Assembly (NCBI GenBank): GCA_028534125.1
Contig: CM052828.1
Coordinates: forward strand, 61,008,001 to 61,072,000
Reading direction: 5' to 3'
From: Lama glama
Taxonomy: Eukaryota
DNA: 64,000 nucleotides
The notes below the pieces were generated by a model. The model was not told where the DNA came from, ran no database searches, and was given only the letters and a program-made list of their open reading frames with translations. Both the position numbers and the translations under genes were made by a program. Below are positions 36,135 to 47,800 of this stretch, piece after piece (position 1 is the first letter of the stretch; each line of letters begins with the position of its first letter).

Positions 36135-38119
36135 ACCAAAGCTGCCCCTCCAGGGTGGACTTCCGATGGCTGGGAACAGGGCTGAGGGAGGCTTCATCAC
36201 ATGCCCTTCTGTCACGTTTACAAATAAAACTAACCACAAGTTGTTAAAATAAAAAACCAAAATGGCCCCATGTCCCCTGCGCTGCAGCGCCCGGCCCCTC
36301 CCCCGGAGAAGCCGCACCCCAACCTGGTCAGCTGGTCACTCTGTTCCTTTAGATTCACCTCTGCTGGGAATCATGGATTGAAACCTCCATTTTCTCAGCC
36401 CATGAATTTACTGTTTCTCAAGATTACTGACCTCCTTCGGTGAAAATGAGGAAGTCAAGGCCCATACTTTCCCCCACTACTCTCCCCTTCTTCCAGTTTG
36501 ATAGCTTTTGTCGGATTATAATTTATGTGTTCACATTACTAATGAAACTCTGCGTGTTTTGTTTGAAAGTCAGAAACTCAGAAATGGCACTGATGGTTCC
36601 CTGCTGACTCGCCTGGGACCACAGGGTGTGCGCAGCCCGGAGGTGAAGCCTGCCTCTGGACAGTGCGGCCCAGATGCCGAAAACACACGTGTTTTAACAA
36701 GCTTCACAGCCGGGCTGTGTATCCTTGCGCGGCTCGTCTTCCCTGGACATTTTTAAATACAAATTTTAAAAACAGCAACTTTAATTTCCTGCTGTTGACA
36801 GAAGAAACAAATGCCTCTGTCTTGTTACTAAGATCAGCAATTCCACTGAACTGCTCCAATCTGATTTCTTCCCAAAGACCTTCTCCTCAGACCCTCCGCC
36901 TGCCCCGCACCCGGCTGCGGCCCGGGCGTCTCTCTCTCCCGCTCCGCCCGCTCCTGCTCAACCCCAGCCTGCCCTTCCCTACTCTGCCCGCAGTGACCCT
37001 GAAATGACTTTCTCAGCAAGAGCGCACGGGAGGAAAACGTCCTGAATCCCTGCTTGTCTGACTTACGCCTTTACGTTTGCACCTGCGCTCGGCAGTCTGG
37101 CTGCGGTAAAATTCTAGGTTCGAAGTCTCTCCCCAGGGCTCTGCAGTCCTCCCGTGTGGTCCTCGCGTTTCCAGCGCCCAAGGCTGAGGCCGTTTTGTAA
37201 CTAACTTGCTTTTCTCCCCCCACGACAATTCTGAAACCTAGTCCCGGGTTTCTGTCTTTCCTGACCGCGTGTGGGCCCACTTCCCTCTGTCCTGGCGGGA
37301 CTCGGCGGAACCCCCCCGAGACGCGTGACCCCTCCTGTTGCGCTTCGGGGGTGTTCTCACTCGCCTCCTCCAGCGCATCTTCCCTCCCACGTTCCTGCTC
37401 CCACTTTCTTTCAGAGGAAGCAAACAGGCCAGGAGAGCCTGCAGGAGAGCCCGCGGCCCCCACGGCCCCTCCGGTCCTGGTCAGCTCTTCCAGCAGCCAG
37501 CGGCCTGTGCCAGGCTGTCATTCCGTTTTCTGATCACCCGACTTTAACAGAAGACTGTCGTGTTTTCTCTTGGTTTCTTTGGCTACAGTATCTTCTTGAA
37601 ATTCTGAGGGCACTGGTCCAAATTTTAAAGTTCTTTTCTCTCTCTTCATGTCCAGGGCAGGGTTGTACAACTTTCTGCAAAGAGCCACAGGAAACATCTC
37701 TTGCTCTGTGAGCCGCACGCAGTCACCGCTGCAGGGTCCTCATCACTTTTCAACAACACTTTACGGGAAAGCCATTCATCTTCGCCACAGGCGGCAGTGT
37801 CTTCAGGCTCTCCCTAGAGTCAGTGGTGGGCAGTCTCGTGCCCCTGGGCCCCTTGGCTAGTGGGGTACATGGTACTGGTGTGCGCACGTGCTTATGCGGG
37901 GGGGGGGTGAGTGTACTGGTGTGTGTGCACGTGTACCTCTTCTTGCACAGGCAGGGGTCAGTGCGTAGACAGGTGTGGATGTAGGTAGACAGCTGAGGGG
38001 GGTCCTTGGGTCCCTATTATCAAGATCACACGTAAGAATCAAGGTCAACTGCTAATCAAATGTGGACAGTGTTGCATCTTGAAGTGGACACGGCGTCCAG
38101 AGTCAGCAGACAGAAAAGG

Positions 38120-38310
38120 TGAAGGGCTGGAGCTTTGAGGTCAGATGGCCCAGGGGTCAGAGCCTGGCTCGGTCACTACCTGGACACCCTTAAGAAAGTT
38201 ACCTTCTCTAAGCCTGGGTTTTCTTATCTTTCAAAAGGAGACAGTAACGCCAGGGAGCTGTGGGGCGGTTCTGAGTTAATATGAAGGTACGAACCCCAGT
38301 GCCACACACG
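38120..38310 (+). mobile_element. MIR SINE remnant
   Basis: ggagctttgaggtcaga...gcctggctcggtcactac...aagttaccttctctaagcctgggttttcttatct..aaaaggag. Confidence 0.55.
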
Positions 38311-38439
38311 GCTACAGTGTGCCAGACGCCAGCACCTGGACACGCAAGGCCTTTCCTGGGGAGGAAGGACCGCATTCGTATAGATAAATCTTAAAGTCTG
38401 CCAGAAGCGGGCAGGAAAGCGGGGGAGTGGGAGTAAAGG

Positions 38440-41405
38440 ACAGAAATAAAATGATTAAACACTGGATGGAAAATTAAGACCCAGGTATATACACTGTCTC
38501 CAAGGAAGGCATTCCACATGTGAAAACACAGATGGGTTTAAAAGAAAAGATGAAAAAAGATTTACTGTGAAAACTAATTGTAAGAAATCACATGCTCAGA
38601 AAGCTGCAGTGGCTGCGTTAGTGTCACACGGACCTAAGGACAAGGAGTGTCTGCAGAGGTGAGGAGGACACTCATGAAGATGAAAGAGGGATTCCTCAGA
38701 TCCAACCCTAAACGTGCAGAGCCCTCGTCACAGGGCTTCAAAACACACGACGCAAAACTGGGAGAGACGAAAAGAGCGTCAGGAGAAGCCGACCAGCCTG
38801 GAGCTGCGGTCGCAGGTCTCAGCACTGTTCCCCGGGTGACGTGCAGACAGGGGAACGGGCAGGCGCGGCCCTCACCCACCACTGACTACAGAGAGCGGGC
38901 CCGGCCCCCGCAACACGCACCAAGGGAAGCACACGGGTCGCGAAACACGCCTCCCGCACTTAAGAGGACTGAGCTGCACAGACCCTGGCCTCCAATCACA
39001 AGGACAGTAGAGATGTAGCAGGTAACTGGTAAATCACCGAATGTCTGGAAATTAAGCGATACACTTCTAAGTAAGTGACCCAGTGATTCTAACACAGATA
39101 ATATAAATAACCCACTTTTAAATAAACAACCTCTGAGGCCAAGAAAAATCACAAGGAAAATTAGAAAGTGTTTTGAATTCAATGAACAGGAAAACAGCGT
39201 AGCAGAAGAAGTGCATAGGTCCTTATGGCTCCAGATGCTTACATTTGGAAAGATGGCCGTTTTAAATGCAGTGATCTAAGCCTCCACCTCAAAAAGCTAG
39301 AAAAAGTGCAATTTAAATCCAAAGTAAACAGATGGAGGAAAATAATAAAGGTAAAAGTAGAAATCAAAGAAACAGAAATCAGCGAAACCAGAAGCTGTTT
39401 ATTTGAGAAGAGCGACAAAACTGGTGAACTGCTAGTGAGACGAAGGGGGGCGAGGAGACTCACCAGCGTCAGGAGAGGGCATGATGGCAGGCCCCACGGC
39501 GGGAACGCTGAGTCAGTTTATGCCAATAAATCCTACAGCTTAGATCAGTCAAGTGCCACAAAATTCACAAATTATCAAAATGGAAACAAGAAGAAATAGA
39601 AAACATAAATAGCTCTCTATTGAGAAAACTGAGCCTGCAATTGTAAATCCCACACAGGGAGGTCCAGGGCCAGAGGCACTACTGGTGAATTCTGCGTAGT
39701 GGTTTCTCACACAGACGTTCAGAAACAGAGGGCGGACTACCTCACATCCAGTATCACGAGTCCAGCGTTACCCTGACGCAAACATCAGCCAAAACTACCA
39801 CAAGAAAATACAGACCAGTATCCTGTAACCAGGTCTTAGCAATGTGAATCCAACAACATCAAAAATCAGTAATATACCAAGCCTGGAAACGAATGTGAAA
39901 CCGAGTATGTGCGTATGTGCATGACTGAGCTACTGTGCTGTAAACCAGAGACTGACATTATAAACCGACTATACTTCAATAAAAAATATACATATACAAA
40001 AACTAATAATATGCCAAAACCAAGTGAAGTTTTCCTCAAGAACACAGGATTGGTTTAACATCTGAAAATCTAGCAAAGAAAAGAAGAAAGGAGAAACATA
40101 TAATCACCTCAATAGATTAAGAAGCCTCTGATGAAATTCAACACCCGTTGTTCATTTTAAAAGCAACTCTGAGCAAACCAGAGAGAAGGGACCTTCCTTG
40201 ACCTGAGAGAGGACACCTACAAAGGATTTAAGCTACGTTATGCTAGTGGTGACAGACAGAGAGCTCCCCCCTGAGGCCGGGGCGAGGGGCCTGCGCCACC
40301 ACCTTTCCTCCGTGATGTGCTAAAGGCCTCAGCGCTGCAGGGAGACGAGACAAGGAAGGAAAAGCGTGCAGATGGGAGTGAAGACACAAGAAAGTCTTTA
40401 TTCACACATGACGCGATCACACCGGCAGAACACATGAAGAGATCTTCAAAATACATGGCGAGAACCAAGAAGCCAACTCAGCACCATCAGGAGACGCAGG
40501 GTCACTAAACAAGATCGACCGCGCCTCTGTGTTCCAGCAACAGACAACTGGAAATAAAATTTAAAAGTACAAGCCCCTCTGAAACAGAGTCCCCAAATGT
40601 GCGACCTACAGACAGATTACAAACTATACAAAATGACAAACACTGAAAACCATGACGCATTGATAAAAAATGGGAAGAACACTGAGATCAGTGGAGAGCT
40701 GCCGCACGTCAGCGCAAGACCCAACACTGCTAAGACATCGCTTTTCTCCTGCATCCACCCAAGTTCCAGCAGGCTCTTCTCCTTAATAGAAAAATGATAA
40801 GCTGAGTCTAAAATGCATATGGAAATCCAAAAGGCTGTAGCAGTTTTTACAGGAGCAGTTGGAGAACTTACTCTACTGAGTTTCAAGGTTTATCTCAAGG
40901 CTACAGTGATGAAGACACCACGGTGCTGCTGAAATACGAGGCACATCACCTGAATGGAACCGGGCACCAAATACACCCACGCACACGGGGCCAAGCCACT
41001 TCCAGCAAGGATGCCAAGGTGATTTAATGGGTGAGAAAAAGTCTTTTCACCAAGTAGCTATCCATATGGGAGGGATGAACACTGACTCTCACCTCACACC
41101 ATGTGCAAAATTTAATTTGATCACAGGCCTAATTGTAGAAGCTAAAACCATAAACCTAGAAAAAAAAACAGGAGAAAATATGATGTTGGGATATGCAAAG
41201 AATTTCTTATGACACAAAAAGCATGAAGCATAAAAAATACTGAGAATTGGATTTTCATTTAAAGCTTGCTTTTTAAAAGATACTGTTAAGAAATAAAAAG
41301 GTAGGCCTCATAATGAGAAACATTATTTACAACATATCAAAACATCTGTACCCAGAATATATAAAAATACTCAGAATTCATAACAAGAAAACTAATAACC
41401 TATTT
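38440..41405 (+). mobile_element. Decayed LINE-1 ORF2 (endonuclease through C-terminal region)
   Basis: ORF 39225-39599 (DAYIWKDGRFKCSDLSLHLKKLEK..KIIKVKVEIKE..SETRSCLFEK) matches L1 ORF2 post-endonuclease motifs; A-rich sense strand; many frameshifts and stops. Confidence 0.8.
39880..39997 (+). mobile_element. Short younger LINE-1 3' end inserted in the older L1
   Basis: atgactgagctactgtgctgtaaaccagag...gactatacttcaataaaaaa is the same family as the elements at 28755 and 1043; degenerate TSD aaaaatcagtaatatacca / aaaaactaataatatgcca. Confidence 0.7.
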
Positions 41406-43359
41406 TTAAAACTAGGACCAAGCTTACTTGGGGTCTTTAATAAGAGCTGCAATTCAGGGGACACGGATTTGGTAAAACAGAAGGTGTTCTGGGGAAGGGC
41501 GTCAGGGCCCTTGAGGGCAAATGCCACGAGGCAGTTAAAACCGTCAAGAATTACAACTGGCTGCACCAGGAAAAAGGAAGTACTCACCCAGAAAGGACGG
41601 GCTGCCACAGCTTAGGGCGAGGGGCCGACGAGAGTCTTGAGCCTCTGGAACGTTGTGCAGATGCCCTGGACGCCCGTGCCAAGCTGGGCGGTCAGAGTTC
41701 GGGTCCCAGCCAGGCTGAGAGGCGCACGAGCCCTGCTCCCCGGGGACCCTGGCTGTTTCAGGGGCTCTCTGGGCAGCACCAGCGCCATTTGCTCTTCCTC
41801 TCACCTCACATTCGTCAAGATATCAAAATGGTGTATGTCTCTTTCATAAACTGACCTTAATAAAGTTGATTCGAAAAGGTAAAAGTTACAAGAAAAAAGA
41901 AAATGAACAAGGCGCTTTATCTGACTTGACCTGGAGAAAATGACGGCAAGATGCTGATTTTAGGCTCCTAGCAGGAGTCGTGTTCACTGTGGACTCTCCT
42001 GGCGTCTCCGTCCTGGTCCTAAACTTCTGTCGTTAAGAACAGGCGAGGCCTCGATTAACGGATGCTGACCACGACCACGCAGCGTCCAGGACAAAGGTCC
42101 CAGCCCACTGCTCCCTCCAGGCCTCCAGGCCCCGGCCCACGTCTGCGAGGTGAGCGGGTGGCTCTGGTTCACCGCCTCCCGTGTCCCAGACACACTCAGG
42201 CCTGAGTCACAGCCCCAGACCCAGGGTTACAGATGGTGGCTGGTGAGTGTGACTGAGACCACACAAGTTCACGCGCCACAATGACGTGGACCCCTTGATT
42301 TAATCAACTTTCTAGGAAAGAAGTTTTGGTTCTTTTTTATGAGGGTTCCTTTTTTGTAAGCGTCTAAAAAGCAGAGTACTGTGGTTTAAGCATTTCAAGG
42401 AATCTATCAAAAGGAAGTGATCCGAGAGGCGCAGGAAACGTGTACACGAGATGTTCTCAGTGGCATCATTTTAAACAGCAAGAGGAGTACAAGCCGTCCA
42501 CCTGTCCTAAAGGAGAGGCTGAGTTTTCATAGTATCGTATGACAGTCTCACTTCTTCCCACTTGTCAAGTGTGTATTTCACTTGAAAGTGTACTGTTTCG
42601 TTTTTCTGACATGTTATTCAGTAATACTAGTTTCACACCTACCAGACACAATTCTCCTGCCTTTCCTTTCATTGCTAGACCAAAGGTCAATATTCCTGAG
42701 ATAAGTGGGCAAGAGAAGTGAAAAACCTCGGTCCCCGGTGGTAAATGGGACCCAGGGACCCCCTCAACCCCCAGGGAAGGGCTCTGGCACCCACACCTCT
42801 GCCAGGTCCAGCACTTCCATCCCCGGTACTCATCTGGTTCAGATACTAACACCCCTCCGGGTGGCACCAGCCTTCAGGGAAACACGCCCTCCCAGCGTAG
42901 GAGCCCTGGAGTCATGTCACACCTTTCCCTGCCCTTAAACTCCAACTCACCCCTGCCATCATCACCACAGCAGTGTCCCAGGCCTCTCTCCTTGGCTCTG
43001 CTAAGCAGCTCCGAGAGGCCTCTCCACCTAATGCCCCCACTGCTTTGTTTCAGAAAGGCGTCTCCGGGGGAATTCAGGAGGCATGGAGTCCTCCACTGGG
43101 TCTGGTTTCCACATCCTCCCTCCCGTCCAGGATAGACCAGACCCGGCCCTCAACAAGGATTCAAACACACAGGAAAGTAACCAAACGAGAAAATCCCACC
43201 ATGTTACCTTCCTACACTCTAAAAATGTAGCATCATGGAATTTTTGCTGTCTTTCATTTTCTGTTTTTTCATACCCTGTTCTTTCGCTGACCCAGACTCC
43301 TTCCAGTCTTTAAAAGGAAGATTTTAAGCACAGCATGTCTTAGACAATTGTACACAGTA

Positions 43360-43740
43360 CAGATGCGCTCTGCTGGGTCTAAGCTGAAAGAACTGAGCTC
43401 ACAGAATTCCCAAAAAGAATGCGGCATAACGCCAGGGACAGCAGGTACAAGCGAGCAACGAGAACCACAGCTGCACACGTATCACAGCCCCAAACCGATG
43501 AAGAGCCGGGAAGCCGGGCCTCCCCCCCGCCTCTGGAAATTCCATGTCGCTGCGGCCGTCATCACTGCGAACACCAGGCTCCTGGGCTTCTCGCTTCCCT
43601 GAAATTGCTGGCTCCCGATTTTGCCGAATGGCCTGAACTCTGGCCAAGTTCACTCCGCAGCCACTAGGAAGGCTGGGAAAGCAACCATCTGGGGTTTTTA
43701 GCTTCTGCTGGAAGGGGCTTCCGAGGCGGGGAGGCACAAC
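43360..43740. mobile_element. Probable old MaLR (MLT1-type) LTR remnant
   Basis: ggaaggctgggaaagcaaccatctggggtttttagcttct resembles MLT1 sequence; recognised from memory only. Confidence 0.35.
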
Positions 43741-44531
43741 GAGTAGGTCTCTGTCCCTGTACTCAAGGTTCTCTGTCTTCTCACCATCAATGTTCAGGAG
43801 AAAATGGACCTGTTTCAAGCCTCCGATTGTGTCTGCCCTCAACACTGCTTCACTGGGTGACATTCTCACGTGCTGGACCGGCATCCAACACTAACGAGTC
43901 GTTGACGGTGAGACCGCAGGTGCCACTCCCTTCCCTACGGCGCTTCTCCTCGGCGGGGTGCTGCTGTTTGGACCCCTCCCCAGCTGGAACAGCCGCAAAC
44001 GAAAACCCCCAAGACATCCCTAGACAAGTTGCCGGCCGACCTACTCTTCAGTAAGAGTAAATTTCTGCCCAAACAACAAAAGGAACCCGACGAGCCTCCG
44101 GCTTCCGGGCACTCTGCTCCCCTTTTCCTTGCCTTCCGCGTCCGGGCCGAGGCCCCGCTGCGAGTCCCCGCACCCTGCAGCCCCTGCAGCCCGGCTGCGT
44201 GTGGCTCCGAGATCTGTGCTCGGCGTTGCTTTCTAGCACGAATGGTAACGTTCCAACACGCCCCTCCTTCCTGCCCGTCCGTCCCCCTTGGGCGCCGGCG
44301 ACGGAGGCGCGTGAGCATCCCCGTCTGGGAGGAAACGCCCGCTCGCTTCCGCGGGGCAGGCCGCCGGGGAGCGCTCGGCTCTCACTCCCGGCCCGCGGCG
44401 GGGAGCCGCACGTCGGCTCCAGCCCCGTCGGTCCCTCCGAATGCCCCGAGCCGGGCTGGGCGGCCGTGCGGGGAGGTGACCAACCGCGCCCCCCGCCAGC
44501 CTTCCGCTTCCGGGGTCGCAGGCAAGCCCGG

Positions 44532-44674
44532 GTCACGTGATAGCACAGTCACGTGCCGCGCAGGGTCACGTGCGAGGCGGGAGCTGGGCGCCGGGAGGAC
44601 GCCTGTACTGGTGCGTTCTCGCGAGAGCTCCAGAGGTCACGTGACGGCGCGGGCGCGGCGCGGCCTCACGTGAC
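44532..44674. promoter_or_regulatory. LAMP1: Cluster of five CLEAR/E-box elements (TFEB/TFE3/MITF/USF sites)
   Basis: GTCACGTGA 44532-44540, GTCACGTG 44548-44555, GTCACGTG 44565-44572, perfect GTCACGTGAC 44636-44645, TCACGTGAC 44666-44674. LAMP1 is a canonical CLEAR-network gene. Confidence 0.9.
44617..44626. promoter_or_regulatory. TCTCGCGAGA palindrome (CGCG element; BANP/ZBTB33-type motif)
   Basis: Perfect 10-bp palindrome between CLEAR boxes 3 and 4. Confidence 0.75.
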
Positions 44675-44805
44675 GAGCGCCGCCGGTCGTGGGGTCTCTT
44701 TCCTGCCGCGGGCGCCGCACCGGGACCTGCCGCCCTCACGCCGGCCCGGTGCCCCCGGTCCGCCCGCCCGGCCCAACCGACCCCGCCCGGCTCCCGCTCG
44801 CGCCC

Positions 44806-44857
44806 ATGGCGGCCCCCGGCGGCGCCCGGCCACGGCCACTGCTCTTGCTGCTGCTCG
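44806..44857 (+). CDS. LAMP1: LAMP1 exon 1, coding part (52 nt)
   Basis: gcccATGG context; MAAPGGARPRPLLLLLL; |gtgagg. Confidence 0.96.
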
Positions 44858-47800
44858 GTGAGGAGCCGGGCCGGGGGCTGAGGACTCGGGGGGCTGCGGG
44901 GTGAGGAGCCGGGCGGGGGTGGGGTGCAGGGCGGTGTGAGCCTGGCCGGGGGGATGCGGGGCCTGGGGTGCTGCGGGGCGAGGGCTCGGTCGTGGGCCGG
45001 GGAGCTGCGCGGCGTCCGGGCTGGGGCGGGGGGGGGCGGCAGGCCTGCGAGTCGATCCCGCACCGACCGAGGCCGCCGCCGCCGGGGGCGAAGGGCTGAA
45101 CGAGGTGCCCGAGGTGGACGAGGGAGGGCCCGGTGCGGCCCTCGGGTCACGGAACTCGTGTTCCGGGCTGGTCGGCAGTGACTTGGTGGTTTCTGAGCAG
45201 CGCGGTTCGCTTCTTTATCTGGGGACAAGGGTCGCCGCGTAGGGCGGCGTGAGGCTGTGCAGCCCGAGACGCAGGATCCGCGTGGGGTCTCCGTTCCCGC
45301 CAGACCCGCATCTTCCCCGCCAGAAAACAGGGCGGCGCGACGATCCCCGCCCGTGGAGTTCGTCCTTCGTGCTGTAACCTTCGCCCCGTGCAGCAGGGCG
45401 TGGAGCCTGACTGTGTGTTCATGTCACTGTGGATTTTAATTATGTTACAGTGATTCAAGGTTACCTTTGAGTTCAGGGGAGCCCACAGCGGACAAAGGGG
45501 AGGGAGGCTCCGCCTGGCCTCACAATGGCAGTGTTCTTTTCTAGCCAGCCGTCGTGAGGAGCGCTGCCGCTGCTCTGTGTGTGCTGGGCCCCGGAGCCAA
45601 TTGAGGGGACGCCATCCGTCCTCAGGACTCGGAGCAGCCCGTGGGCGCCGGTGCTTTATCCGTGGAGGAAGTTTGCTCTCGTTTATCTGTCCTGATGAGG
45701 ACGGGTATAAGGGGAATCACCGCGGGTTGATGTTAGGTCTGTTAGGGCTCTCCGTGGTGTCATTTCTCATCCTGTCCCGAAGGATATGGGGATTGTCCAA
45801 GTGCCAGGAGCTCCTCCGAGTTAGGTGGATACAGAAACAGGATCCCACGCGTACCTGCCATGGATCCTCTAAATTTCATCCTATCCTAGATCTCTTGTTG
45901 TGACAGAATGGGTTGTGGTCTCGCGTTTCTGTTTTGCCTGTTTTGTAAAATGAGTTCTTTGAGCTGCATGAATAGCCACACGGGGTGACCTTACTCCCAA
46001 CTGCAAACCTGAAGCCTTCCCCTTTGCCAGCAGGCATAGTTAAGATACAAGGGGAGTCGCTGGAACAAGCCTTGTCTTTCAGAAGGGCTCATTGCTGTTT
46101 GTTGGAAGGGCATTAGAAATTTTGTTTCATGTTTTGAAAACTCACCTGAATAAAGAGAAAAATCCATACCCTCCCTACACTGTGATAACCTGGAATGCTG
46201 TGCATGTAATTAGCATTTTAATACCTATTTCATATCTTTTTAGTTTTATATTCAGTTAAAATCCGACTTTTTAGAAAGGCCTGTTAACAGCTGAGATTTG
46301 GGTGTATTTTAAATAATGTTTGTTTTAGTGCACAATTTCACCAAAAAGCATATTTTCTAAAACCATTTCAAACGTCTAAATTCAGAATTTCTCCTTCCTT
46401 AATAGTTATACATTAAAGGGGTTTCTGTGTTTGACAGCTTGGGGGAGAGCAGGGAGAGGCATGAGTGGACACTGTCTGATACACATGGTTGAATGTATTG
46501 TGTAATGTGACTTTCTGAACCTCGATGTCAGCTGGATGACCTCTTCCTCTTTCCAAATGAACTGTCACTTAGGAAGTTAAAAAGTTTTATACTGATTATG
46601 TTACCCTTGATCGTGGGAGTTTCTGTGTTACTCAGGTTGGTGACTGAATTCTTTACTAGATCTGAGGTTGAAATGTTTTGGGTGCATAATTTTGATTCAT
46701 GTTGTTAGATCCATCCCACACCTTGTTAGTCTGAGACTTGACTTGCAGGCGTGTACAGCACATGCTTCTCCAGCATCAGTTCAGCTGCATTGTGGTTATT
46801 TTTACACATGTGTCTCCCTGATCTCACAGCCCCCTTGTGCCTGTGCGGGGTGGGTGCTCAGTTTCATGGCTGTGGCCCCTGACCAGGCAGGCACATCCTT
46901 AGAGACTGAGTCACTGTCGAGGATGGAGCCTTTTTCCCTTTTTTAAATCTTTGTAGATGATTATGAGTCACTAGTTAAGAAAGAGGAAAGTACTGGATTT
47001 AAGAGAATCAAGTTAAGGGAAATTAGAAAGTGATTTCCTATAAAAATGTTAATAAAGCTCTCTTGACTTGTTCCTGTAAACGCAGTCTCTTTTGTTTCAG
47101 AAGCGTGTCATTGTGTGAAGTGCTGGCTCAGGTGTGGTTTCACGGGCAGCCGGCCCCTGTGAGCTCAGCGGGCACCCGCTCCAAGGCAGCCGCCGGCTCC
47201 AGCCTGGTTCTGCACCTTCACCAGCTGTGACCTCGGGCACGTTAGTTAGTTCACTACTCTGTGCTTTGCTCTCCACACCTGTGAAAAGGAATCGTCGTGG
47301 TAACTTAGTTACCGCGAAGGGTAACATAGGTGCTTGTTAAATGAAATATGTGTTGGTGTTTTGTGTGAGTTACTGAGAATTGCGAGCTGGACAGGTGAGG
47401 TCTGTGTAGGCCGAATGCGGGAATGGTAACAGCTGCGCCGAGAGCGCCTGTGCGGGGCCTTGGCCCTGCGGTCAGCGCTCTCATTTCCTTGTCTTGGTTG
47501 CCTAGACCGTGGGCTTGGTGGTTGCTACTGGCCTGAGGTCACACGGCTTGTAAGTGGTGAAGGAGTCTGTCTAGACCCAGGTCTCTTATCTCAGAAGCAG
47601 GCCTGCTCCCTGCAGCTGCACTTGTAGAGAATGGAATCGTACTTTGGAGTAGGAGTATTTTGAAGGAATAAGCCAGTTCCTCCTCAGTGTGACCCTGGAG
47701 AGATGAAGGTGTGGAGTCTGCCTGAAGCGCCCCTGGGGAGGAGGCTGCCAGTGGTCCCGGCCCTGACTTTCAGGACAGACACCCCCTCAAATTACTGCCA

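Larger units (their letters stand above)
44020..45400. promoter_or_regulatory. LAMP1: CpG island / LAMP1 promoter and first exon
   Basis: Very high GC and CpG density around the LAMP1 ATG; GC boxes; tandem ETS-like cttccgcttccgg at 44501-44513; boundaries approximate. Confidence 0.9.

Noticed and set aside
35397-36317. 306-aa ORF (and overlapping 235-aa ORF) downstream of CUL4A
   Set aside because: GC-rich low-information composition, no recognisable domain, and overlapping ORFs in several frames, as expected from stop-codon depletion
41410-41810. Possible ERV LTR after the L1
   Set aside because: Only a vague resemblance (gagctgcaattcaggggacacggatt); no termini or TSD could be established without a database search
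44029-45228. 214- and 220-aa ORFs over the LAMP1 promoter
   Set aside because: Typical CpG-island artefacts (Arg/Pro/Ala/Gly-rich)
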